Source: Candidatus Thorarchaeota archaeon
GTDB lineage: Archaea > Asgardarchaeota > Thorarchaeia > Thorarchaeales > Thorarchaeaceae
Reading direction: 5' to 3'
Assembly (NCBI GenBank): GCA_048882045.1
Contig: JBHLRZ010000016.1
Span: 5,526 to 69,525 of the forward strand
Length of the DNA stretch: 64,000 nucleotides
Shown here: positions 47,880 through 56,157 of the stretch, piece after piece
Numbering within the stretch: position 1 is the first letter of the stretch
How the letters are laid out: each line of letters starts with the position of its first letter
Position numbers and translations under genes: made by a program
Notes under the pieces: model-generated
Told to the model about the DNA's origin: nothing
The model's database searches: none
Seen by the model: only the letters and a program-made list of their open reading frames with translations

Positions 47880-48710
47880 ATGTCGATTCTCAATAAACTC
47901 TACATTGACAAGCATCCGTGTTTTTCCAATCGGAGAGAGACCCTCTGGCATCGAATACACCTACCTGTGGCTCCCAATTGTAATGTCAAATGTGCATTTT
48001 GCTCCCATTTAATAGGTTCCTCCTGCCACACCTCAAAGCCGGGATTTTCGAGCCAGCTCATGTCTCCAGAAGTCGCAGCTTCACGAGCTTTGTTGGAGAT
48101 TAATCTCGATCCAAGAATCAGCATAGTTGCAGTGTCAGGACCCGGTGAACCTCTAGCTAATTCTGAAACATTTGAAACATTTGAACTAATTAGAGAACGA
48201 ACACGTGACATCCACTTTTGCCTCAGCACTAATGGAACATTATTGTCAGAAAAAGTACAATGGCTTAGAATGATGGGGTTCAAGACATTAACCGTATCGA
48301 TGAGTACAGCGAACCCATCCACAGCTTCAAGAATCTATGAATGGGCTGTTATTTCAGAGAAGAGAATGACAGGAGAAAGGATGGGTCAAATCATCGTCGA
48401 TTCGCAGCTTCGAGGTATTTCTGATGCTGCTAATGCTGGACTGACTGTCAAGGTGAATACTATTCTCATTCCTGGTTTTAATCAAGAGGATATCATCGAT
48501 TTAGCTGAATCTGTGTCAGATGCTGGAGCTGCAATTCAGAACATTGTACCTCTGGTACCGAATGACAGACTTTCTTCTTTATTGTCTCCAAGCAAAGAAG
48601 CAATTGAGGAAGCGAGGAAGCAAGCAGCAGAGCATATTAAGCAATTCAGACATTGCAAACAATGTAGGAGCGACGTAGTTGGTCTACCTGGTTGCGATGT
48701 CATTTTGTGA
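47880..48710 (+). CDS. NifB-like radical SAM protein (single-domain)
   Basis: HPCF, RIHLPVAPNCNVKCAFC, SGPGEPL, CLSTNG, VKVNTILIPG, HCKQCRSD. Confidence 0.85.
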   Translation: MSILNKLYIDKHPCFSNRRETLWHRIHLPVAPNCNVKCAFCSHLIGSSCHTSKPGFSSQLMSPEVAASRALLEINLDPRISIVAVSGPGEPLANSETFETFELIRERTRDIHFCLSTNGTLLSEKVQWLRMMGFKTLTVSMSTANPSTASRIYEWAVISEKRMTGERMGQIIVDSQLRGISDAANAGLTVKVNTILIPGFNQEDIIDLAESVSDAGAAIQNIVPLVPNDRLSSLLSPSKEAIEEARKQAAEHIKQFRHCKQCRSDVVGLPGCDVIL

Positions 48711-48713
48711 ATA

Positions 48714-49532
48714 CTACTGAATACTGAGACACCCTTCTTCGACCAATTTGTTGATGATGAACCACATCGCTCGTGGATCATACTTGAGTGATTCAAGGAC
48801 CGCTCTAACTTTCTTGGTGCCATCGAACTCTTTTAGGATATCATCCAAAGGTTTTCCATATTGAGCCCTCAATTTTTTGAGTTTCATTTCAGGACAGTCT
48901 TTCCTGACCAGAATGTTATCCTCAGTCAATCGAGCCTTGAATTCAATCCAATTGTACCGAGTAAGGATGGAGATCAGAGCTAGGACTTTTTCATCTGGAA
49001 ATCCAATAAGATCCATTATCTCAGCTACGGTTCGTTTTCCATTGATGAACGATTCTACTTGCTCCAAATCGTGATCAACAGAACCTACCCTGAAGGGGAT
49101 CCGAATTCCATTCTTTGATTGGATTGGCACAAGATCAAGATCTGCTGTGGAGAATGGGAATTCTTGAACAACTGTAAGAGCAGATTCTCTGAATCTGCGA
49201 ACATCTCCCTCAAAGTGTCGAAGTTTTTCCCCATGATCAACCTCAACCTGACTTAGAATTCGTTTGAGCTTTTCACGGTACGGCGACTCGTCTGCGACTG
49301 GATCCACAACTAGCAAAACAAGTATATTCTCACCAACCTCGATTAAGATATCATATGCGGCCTTTCTGATTGTCCGTATTGGGGTCTTAGCAAAAATGAT
49401 GACCGCTGTAACAAAGCCTGCAATCAGATCTGGATCGACAGTGAGCTCAGCATATGGAATGTTGAGAACAGACTCTCCTCCTTCCATTCGAATCAATGAG
49501 ATGTATCGGACCTTAGAAACGTCTAGAGCCAT
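48714..49532 (-). CDS. Longin-like + tandem winged-helix protein (paralog B; NPRL2/3-like architecture)
   Basis: VDPDLIAGFVTAV longin-like N-terminus; FINGKRTVAEI and FDGTKKVRAV wHTH repeats. Confidence 0.7.
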   Translation of the reverse strand: MALDVSKVRYISLIRMEGGESVLNIPYAELTVDPDLIAGFVTAVIIFAKTPIRTIRKAAYDILIEVGENILVLLVVDPVADESPYREKLKRILSQVEVDHGEKLRHFEGDVRRFRESALTVVQEFPFSTADLDLVPIQSKNGIRIPFRVGSVDHDLEQVESFINGKRTVAEIMDLIGFPDEKVLALISILTRYNWIEFKARLTEDNILVRKDCPEMKLKKLRAQYGKPLDDILKEFDGTKKVRAVLESLKYDPRAMWFIINKLVEEGCLSIQ

Positions 49533-49535
49533 CTA

Positions 49536-50432
49536 TCATCCCTCCACATCTTTGACTGAGGATACAGTCTTTGAGTCACTATATCCCAAGACTCCTGCAT
49601 CAATCAGGTTGTTTGCTACGAGACGAACAGCCTCCATATTGAACGGGAGAAGTTCACATATTTCTGCGAGCGTGCGAGTTCCATTAATCTGTTCAACAAG
49701 TTTGGTAAGTTGTTCACCATACACTCCCTTTAGGAAGAGTGGAGGATCCATGATCTTGACCAATACTGAGTTATCCTCAAGTTTTCTGGTGAAGGAAATC
49801 CATTTGTATTTGTCAAGCATCGATAGAATAGCAATCACTTCATCATCTTCCAGGCTCGATTGCTTCATTATATCCTCTATTGTACGTTTCCCATTAATGA
49901 AACCCACAAGAATTTGGAGTTTTTCATCAGTTTCACCCACCGACCAGGGAATATTGGCATGAAGATCAGGCGTTGCTTCTGATTTTGCCACCATTTTAGG
50001 AATCATCTCGAGGGCGAAATTCCTGTAAGGATATGCCCGAAGTATTTCGAGAGCATATTCTCGAAATGGACGAATATCACCCTTCCAGGCTTCTAGGAGA
50101 GGTTGATGTGTCGATTCGAAATGTTTGACTATTTTGATCAAGTTGTTTCTGTAGGGATCGTCATCTTCCACCTTATCTACAATGAGTAGTCCGACGACAT
50201 AATCACCCTCTTCGATGACTACCGTATAGCCTTCTTTCGTGAATGTCCTCAATTGTCTGTTTTCAAAAATGATTACTGCTAGAACGAAGCTTGCAACAAG
50301 GTCGGGGTCTACACTCATCTCTCTATAGGGGATACCTATGATTGGTTCTCCTCCTTCTTTTCGAACGAGAGAGATATAACGGACTTCTGCCTTCTCTATG
50401 CCAGATTCGTTCACACCATCTTTCAGAAACAA
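49536..50432 (-). CDS. Longin-like + tandem winged-helix protein (paralog A; NPRL2/3-like architecture)
   Basis: VDPDLVASFVLAV; FINGKRTIEDI and INGTRTLAEI; clearly homologous to the downstream gene. Confidence 0.7.
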   Translation of the reverse strand: MFLKDGVNESGIEKAEVRYISLVRKEGGEPIIGIPYREMSVDPDLVASFVLAVIIFENRQLRTFTKEGYTVVIEEGDYVVGLLIVDKVEDDDPYRNNLIKIVKHFESTHQPLLEAWKGDIRPFREYALEILRAYPYRNFALEMIPKMVAKSEATPDLHANIPWSVGETDEKLQILVGFINGKRTIEDIMKQSSLEDDEVIAILSMLDKYKWISFTRKLEDNSVLVKIMDPPLFLKGVYGEQLTKLVEQINGTRTLAEICELLPFNMEAVRLVANNLIDAGVLGYSDSKTVSSVKDVEG

Positions 50433-50448
50433 GTGCCTAAATAAGTTA

Positions 50449-51342
50449 TCAGAGGAAATCCATCAAGCCAGATTGTGTTACCATGGTAATATCCTCATCA
50501 TAATCCAAGCTATATCCTATCACCTGTTTCAGATCAATAACCGTATATGAGCTCCCCAGACTAGTGACTAAGAGTGACCCCTTCATTCCTACAACCTCGC
50601 CCAACAGTGGACTGTCATCAATCTTGGCTGTTCTTGATTTCCAAGGATTCGGTTGTGTATCAACACTCGAAAGAGAGTAGTATTTAGATAGATCTTCGAG
50701 TTCAACAGTATTTCCGAGCTCACCATCTTCTATCTCCAAAAGGAAATCTTCTACAATAGATTGAGCATTATCAATCTCTATTTTGTCAAGAAGACCTCGT
50801 ATCTTTCTCTCCCCTCGAACCTGCTTTGCAGCTTTTGGGTTCTTTCCAAGGCGATCTTCGATTCTTCGCGCATCTATACCGCCTTCAACTAAACGGAGGG
50901 TTCCACCATAATCGGCCCCCTGCTCGACCCATCTTGTACGTACTCTCTTCTCTGAAGATACGCCAATCTTGAGTGTTTCATCATTGAATACGACAAGATA
51001 GATTGCATAATCTGTGCCATCACATTGAGCCCGTCTCTCAGAAGATGCCATGCAGTTTCTACCATCACATCGGATACATGGGTCCACAAAATCCATGGCG
51101 GAACAAGGACCACATCGTAGTGTTCCGCGTTGTAGAATAACAGAATCTTCAGGGCAACGGACTGATTGCAATGAGGAGTCAACACTTCCAATACATCGTC
51201 GAGGCCCACGGAACACCCAGCTGACTTTCTCCCCAGGGACAACAGGAATAAACTCTGGAGTATCACTATCGTTCCAGACTCGCAAGCCTGAGAGGAATGA
51301 CCCATCATCTTGAGCCTTCCATGATATTCCCATAACCTGCAT
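50449..51342 (-). CDS. DUF2797 domain-containing protein
   Basis: Cys-rich N-half, IYLVVF..LKIGVS, RWVEQGA, GEVVGMKGSLL. Confidence 0.8.
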   Translation of the reverse strand: MQVMGISWKAQDDGSFLSGLRVWNDSDTPEFIPVVPGEKVSWVFRGPRRCIGSVDSSLQSVRCPEDSVILQRGTLRCGPCSAMDFVDPCIRCDGRNCMASSERRAQCDGTDYAIYLVVFNDETLKIGVSSEKRVRTRWVEQGADYGGTLRLVEGGIDARRIEDRLGKNPKAAKQVRGERKIRGLLDKIEIDNAQSIVEDFLLEIEDGELGNTVELEDLSKYYSLSSVDTQPNPWKSRTAKIDDSPLLGEVVGMKGSLLVTSLGSSYTVIDLKQVIGYSLDYDEDITMVTQSGLMDFL

Positions 51343-51352
51343 GAGATTTGCC

Positions 51353-52399
51353 TCAGAATCGTTTGAACTGTCCTTTTCCTCGTACCATCCACTGGACACC
51401 TTTAATGTTCAAATCTTTCTTACATTTTGGACAGGTACCATCAGAGTCAAGATTGTTGCTACTGAGATATACTGAATATCTTTCGACAGCTTTGAAACCA
51501 CATTCCGGGCAGTACGTATTCTCATAGTCGTGACCTGCAACGTTTCCCGAATAGACAAAGACAAGTCCAGCGTCCTTCGCAACCTCGATATGCCTCTCCA
51601 ATGTAGAAGCAGGTGTACGAGGTAAGTGCTTCATTTTGTAGGTTGGAGCGAATGCAGTAAGGTGGAAGGGGGTGAGTTCTCCTAAGTTCTGAACAACCCA
51701 TTCAGCAAGATACTTGGTATCCTCCAAAGAGTCACCTACTTCTGGAATGATCAGATTCGTAATCTCGATGAAGATGTTTCTTTCTTTCATAGCTTTCATT
51801 GAGGCATAAATAGGATCAACCTTGGGAACGGACATCAAGTCTTTGTAGAACTTTTTATTGCCACTACCCTTGAAGTTGATAGATGCCGCATCTAGATATG
51901 GTGCTATCATGTCCACAGCATCTATGGTCATGTAGCCGTTGGTTACGAATGTGTTGAACATTCCTTTCTCGTGAGCAATCTTGGCGGTGTCGTATGCCAA
52001 TTCATAGAAGACAGTAGGTTCAGTGTATGTGTACGTGATTCCACTACAGTCATATTTCTCTGCGAGAATTACGATATCCTCGGGACTCACATATTGTCCA
52101 ACTGGGATTTCTCTGTGGGCGGAATGATAGTTTAGGCAGAATTGACAACGAAAATTACAGGAAGAGGTGCTAATTGAGAAAGCCGAACTTCCAGGAGCGA
52201 AATGGAAGAGTGGTTTCTTCTCGATGGGATCAGCCGCCATTCCGTCAATCAATCCATAGACTGTTGTATAGAGATTGTTATCCTTTGCCACTCTAACCCT
52301 ACAGAATCCAGTTTCACCATCATGGATTACACATCTTCTAGCACATAGGTCACATCTGATACCCTGTTTAAGGTTGGAGTAAAGCAGCGCCTCTTTCAT
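51353..52399 (-). CDS. amrS: AmmeMemoRadiSam system radical SAM enzyme
   Basis: CDLCARRC, DPIEKKPLFHF, CNFRCQFC, YTEPT, VYSGNV, TYCPEC. Confidence 0.93.
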   Translation of the reverse strand: MKEALLYSNLKQGIRCDLCARRCVIHDGETGFCRVRVAKDNNLYTTVYGLIDGMAADPIEKKPLFHFAPGSSAFSISTSSCNFRCQFCLNYHSAHREIPVGQYVSPEDIVILAEKYDCSGITYTYTEPTVFYELAYDTAKIAHEKGMFNTFVTNGYMTIDAVDMIAPYLDAASINFKGSGNKKFYKDLMSVPKVDPIYASMKAMKERNIFIEITNLIIPEVGDSLEDTKYLAEWVVQNLGELTPFHLTAFAPTYKMKHLPRTPASTLERHIEVAKDAGLVFVYSGNVAGHDYENTYCPECGFKAVERYSVYLSSNNLDSDGTCPKCKKDLNIKGVQWMVRGKGQFKRF

Positions 52400-52497
52400 C
52401 GTGATTCTCTCCTCGTTTGAATTCTTATGCGTGTTCCGGTGTGTTTCTCGTAATCAGAATTATAAGAAAAAGTTGAGAGAATCCTTTTGATATCACT

Positions 52498-52938
52498 ATG
52501 CCAGATCCTAAGGAGCTGAAACGAATAGACGGTCTCTTCAATCTTGCATCAGCACGCAGTAGACCGTTTCTCGATCAATGCTCCGAAGCAAAGTATCTAG
52601 CTGTTAGGGACTACAATCGGGCGGCTGATGAAACTCTGAAACTTGCTATGCAGACTCTCAAGTTCGCAGGAGCTAATAGTCCAGCTCTCACAGGAGAATT
52701 TTCAGAGATTAGATCAGCTGTGAAAGCAGGTCAACTTGATACAGACTTCATTAAGCAACTGTCAACTCTTCGTACAAAATACATCAAGCAAGTTCTCAGA
52801 CCTGCGGTCAAAACATACCTCAGTAATGAAGATTTCAAAACATCGGATCTTGACTCGTACTATGAAAGCGCTCTGAGAATAGATGGACTATTAGAGGTGG
52901 TTCAGTTTCTTAAGCGAATTAGACCAGATTCATTCTGA
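52498..52938 (+). CDS. Hypothetical alpha-helical protein
   Basis: 146-aa ORF filling the gap, no recognised motif. Confidence 0.7.
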   Translation: MPDPKELKRIDGLFNLASARSRPFLDQCSEAKYLAVRDYNRAADETLKLAMQTLKFAGANSPALTGEFSEIRSAVKAGQLDTDFIKQLSTLRTKYIKQVLRPAVKTYLSNEDFKTSDLDSYYESALRIDGLLEVVQFLKRIRPDSF

Positions 52939-54384
52939 CTCCTTCTGATGGTCCCGATGCACAAGGGTTTGTCCATCGACCACCCATGCAAGCGCTAGAG
53001 CTTGAAACTCATCTGCCCACTTCATCACAATTGCAGGAGCTACACCAAGAGATCTTGCAATCTCCCTGATGGACATCTCACCGTGTTCTTCAACCATGAG
53101 GTAGGCTTTGGTCTTCTCCGTGCTATCCATTAGGTCTAGATATCCCTCAAGTGTTTCCTGCGTATGAGCTAGTTTGGCTTTGGTTTCTTCAAGGTCCTTA
53201 GTCGATCTTTCGAGATTAGCCTTAGCTCTATCAAACTCAGACTTGAGCCGTTCTAGTTCTCGAGCTTTGTCTCCAGATTCGAAGGATCTTAGTCGGGCTC
53301 GAATCTCCTCCATTTCAGTAAGTCGATCAGCAGTCTTAGCTTTCTCGTCCTCTAGTTGCCCTGCCTGAGTCTTCAAATCTCCAATCTCTAAATCCTTCTT
53401 TGCTATATCATCAGAGAGCTCTTTCGACCTTTGTTGAGCAGTTGTTATTCTATCTTCGACTTCAGCAACTTTCTCATTAAGAAGTTCATTTGATGCCTCA
53501 AGGGTCTTTACTTTCTGCCTTAGGTCCAGAAGGACTTGTTGATCAGTCTGTGGTGCTGCTTTCAGAGCAGCAAGTTCCTCTTCCAGTTCTTCGTTTATGA
53601 CCTTGAATGAAGCATTGTCTTTGCGAAGATTCTCTATTTCGGTTTCTCTTGTTTCAATCTTCTGAGTGGAGAGAGTAAGTTCTTGAGATAGCTCTTCAAT
53701 TCGGCGTTCGAGTACTTTCATCTTGTCAGCAATGTCCTTTGGGACCTCAATTCTGGGCTTCATTCCCAATTCTGATGCCAAGAATTCAACCTCTGTGGTT
53801 GCTCGTTGAGTAAAATCATCAATGTTTGACTTGAGTGCGGTTAGTTCTTCATAGGTGATTTTCATTGCTTCCTTCAAGCTCTCTGTCACATCACGAACTT
53901 TCTCAAGAATCGGAGTTGACATACCTGTTGTGAGGGAATCTTCCACCTTGGAGAACTCTTGTTCAACACGTGGCTTGACTTCAGTCTCGATAAACGTAGA
54001 CTGGAGATTTGTCTTTGCAGCACGTTTACTACTGCTGACAATGTCACCACGCATTGCGACAAGGTTTCCCTTCAGGCTGACCAGAAATGATAGAACAACT
54101 GGAACGAGGTCTCTCTCGATTCGGTCAATTGAACCATCAACTGTCATGATGTTACGTTCGAGGAGACTAATACTGTCCTGTAGTTTCTCAAGGCTCTTGT
54201 CAATCTCCATTCGTCGCCGTACTTGGTCAGCAGATTCGACTCTCATCACGTCACTCTTCATCCGGCCTGATTCAATGAGCTCTTGTCTCATTTCATCATC
54301 CACACCAAGTTCGGTGAGTAGATCGTCGACAACTCCACCTTTCTTTCCTGATTCATCAGACTTCTTTTCAGGATCTTCAGCCAT
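52930..54384 (-). CDS. Long coiled-coil protein with C-terminal winged-helix domain
   Basis: About 200-aa continuous heptads; C-terminal MSIREIARSLGVAPAIVMKWADEF. Confidence 0.8.
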   Translation of the reverse strand: MAEDPEKKSDESGKKGGVVDDLLTELGVDDEMRQELIESGRMKSDVMRVESADQVRRRMEIDKSLEKLQDSISLLERNIMTVDGSIDRIERDLVPVVLSFLVSLKGNLVAMRGDIVSSSKRAAKTNLQSTFIETEVKPRVEQEFSKVEDSLTTGMSTPILEKVRDVTESLKEAMKITYEELTALKSNIDDFTQRATTEVEFLASELGMKPRIEVPKDIADKMKVLERRIEELSQELTLSTQKIETRETEIENLRKDNASFKVINEELEEELAALKAAPQTDQQVLLDLRQKVKTLEASNELLNEKVAEVEDRITTAQQRSKELSDDIAKKDLEIGDLKTQAGQLEDEKAKTADRLTEMEEIRARLRSFESGDKARELERLKSEFDRAKANLERSTKDLEETKAKLAHTQETLEGYLDLMDSTEKTKAYLMVEEHGEMSIREIARSLGVAPAIVMKWADEFQALALAWVVDGQTLVHRDHQKESE

Positions 54385-54495
54385 AAAGAAACCTCACTTT
54401 CCTCAAACCCGTAAAGGCAGATGGAAAGGTAGCCAGATAATACATAAATCTATTCGGTGAAAGCTCCAATGTATCTAGGAGCCTGAGAACGCGCA

Positions 54496-55332
54496 ATGCG
54501 ACTGAAGATTGAGATGCAAGCAAACATACACAACCGTGGAACTTCCAAGTTGCGTCGAGGTGTTATGGTTTGGCATCTTTTCACGGACATGGAAAACCAA
54601 TTTGTTGAGATGATAGACGTCTTTCCACCAGCGAAGGTCACTGAAAAGGCAGAAAATAACATGGTTGCAGTGATAAAGATTCCAGAGTTGAATCCTGGAG
54701 AAAGCTTCTCCCCATCTGCAGTCCTAAGAATCGACACAATAACTAGAGACTGGTTGATGGAACCACAGATGACCCCTGAGAATCTTGTATCTCAAGCCCG
54801 AGGAATGTATTGTACTCTCCAGAGATATTGGGAGATAGATGATCCATTGATTCAGGAAATGTCCCAGAAGGCGGCAGAGCGGACTGGAGACGACGAGTCT
54901 TATGCCAGACTTGTCTTCGAAAAAGTGCGTGAACTAGTGAAACTAAAGACACACCTAGACGAGCGTAGAGGAGCAGCTCGAGCAGCACGGGAGAAAGAGG
55001 GAGACTGTGATGAGCATGCGGACCTGTTCATAGCTTTGGTTCGTACAGTACACATTCCAGCAAGGAGAATAGTTGGTCACTATTTCAGGGGAGATCCTGA
55101 ACCAGAACCTCACGCTTGGTGTGAGGTGTTCCTGGAGAGACAAGGATGGGTTCCAGTAGATCCAGCTTTGGGACATTTTGGTATTATGTCCGAGAACTAT
55201 TTCTCTAGAATCAGAGAAGGTCTTGTTTCCGAGAGACCCACGATTCATCTGAAATGGAGTGGAATTGCCAGTGAGGCACCCTCTATAGAAGAAGAGGTCA
55301 AAATGACAGTTCTCAAGAACGGCCATAGTTAG
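54496..55332 (+). CDS. Transglutaminase-like (papain-fold Cys-His-Asp) domain protein
   Basis: GDCDEHA, PHAWCEV, GWVPVDP. Confidence 0.9.
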   Translation: MRLKIEMQANIHNRGTSKLRRGVMVWHLFTDMENQFVEMIDVFPPAKVTEKAENNMVAVIKIPELNPGESFSPSAVLRIDTITRDWLMEPQMTPENLVSQARGMYCTLQRYWEIDDPLIQEMSQKAAERTGDDESYARLVFEKVRELVKLKTHLDERRGAARAAREKEGDCDEHADLFIALVRTVHIPARRIVGHYFRGDPEPEPHAWCEVFLERQGWVPVDPALGHFGIMSENYFSRIREGLVSERPTIHLKWSGIASEAPSIEEEVKMTVLKNGHS

Positions 55333-56054
55333 AGACCGCGAATCAATCCTGTTGTTTCTAACTGAACGAATAGTTCAGCGCCAAAGTGCCAGCATGCGTG
55401 TGTGTCGAATATTGAACACATCACCTTGGGGAGTAGAGGTTCTTCGAATGCAGAGTGCAGAGTCCCCGCAAGATGATGTGTCATCAGTTCTCCATACGCA
55501 GCTACCTGAGGTATGGAATCGATGAATCGTTTCTTCGTCTGCTCGAGAGGACCGGGTTTATAGTCGCAGACATGGATGACACCATTAACAACTCTTACAA
55601 GGTCTACATGTCCAGTCAAACGATATCTCTCAGACCAGACTGGTACTTCAATCGCTATGGTATTTGGATCCTTTAGAAGGAACTCTTTCAGTATATCATG
55701 ACCTGCAGAGTAACTCAGGTCATTTCGAGACCGATGATACTTTCTAAGTAATTTGACCAGTTCATCATCGACAGTTGTTTCAAGCTTTCCAGATCGTTTC
55801 AGCTTTTTACGAAAACCCACCTTCTTCGCAGAGGACATCTCTGCTAAGCTAAGTCTTGATGCTCGATTATAGAACGGATCTTCAAAGGGAAGTTGTGGCA
55901 CTTTTCCAATATGGATTGAATTCAAGTGAGCCCACAAGGAGAAGAGGTCACCCTCATCATTACCAAGCTCTTTGTGATGCGCTATGTTCCACTGAAATCC
56001 ATAAGCGATTTTACCATGCTGAAAATCACGTCGTAGAATATCTTCTGGAGCCAT
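55329..56054 (-). CDS. PD-(D/E)xK nuclease (RecB-like) family protein
   Basis: IEVPV, TGHVDLV, CDYKP, QVAAY. Confidence 0.82.
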   Translation of the reverse strand: MAPEDILRRDFQHGKIAYGFQWNIAHHKELGNDEGDLFSLWAHLNSIHIGKVPQLPFEDPFYNRASRLSLAEMSSAKKVGFRKKLKRSGKLETTVDDELVKLLRKYHRSRNDLSYSAGHDILKEFLLKDPNTIAIEVPVWSERYRLTGHVDLVRVVNGVIHVCDYKPGPLEQTKKRFIDSIPQVAAYGELMTHHLAGTLHSAFEEPLLPKVMCSIFDTHACWHFGAELFVQLETTGLIRGL

Positions 56055-56111
56055 AGCATTCTCAGAAGGTTTTCGGTTTCAATCTATTTAATCCACCGCA
56101 AAAAGAGGAAA

Positions 56112-56146
56112 GTAGGAAGAGGGAGATATCAATTCCCTCAATCCTA
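56112..56146 (-). terminator. Hairpin + U-rich tract after the large surface-protein gene
   Basis: GTAGGA-AGAGGGA...TCCCTC-AA-TCCTAC; TTTCCTCTTTT follows on the minus strand. Confidence 0.5.
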
Positions 56147-56157
56147 CAACTTACAAT

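Noticed and set aside
47880-48710. Evidence for nitrogen fixation
   Set aside because: Only a divergent NifB-like gene; no nifHDK/EN in the window.
13384-52399. amrB and amrS as a novel split system
   Set aside because: Known AmmeMemoRadiSam components that are often unlinked in archaea; amrA may be elsewhere.
55329-56054. Cas4 / CRISPR association
   Set aside because: No four-Cys Fe-S pattern, no other cas genes and no repeat-spacer array in the window.
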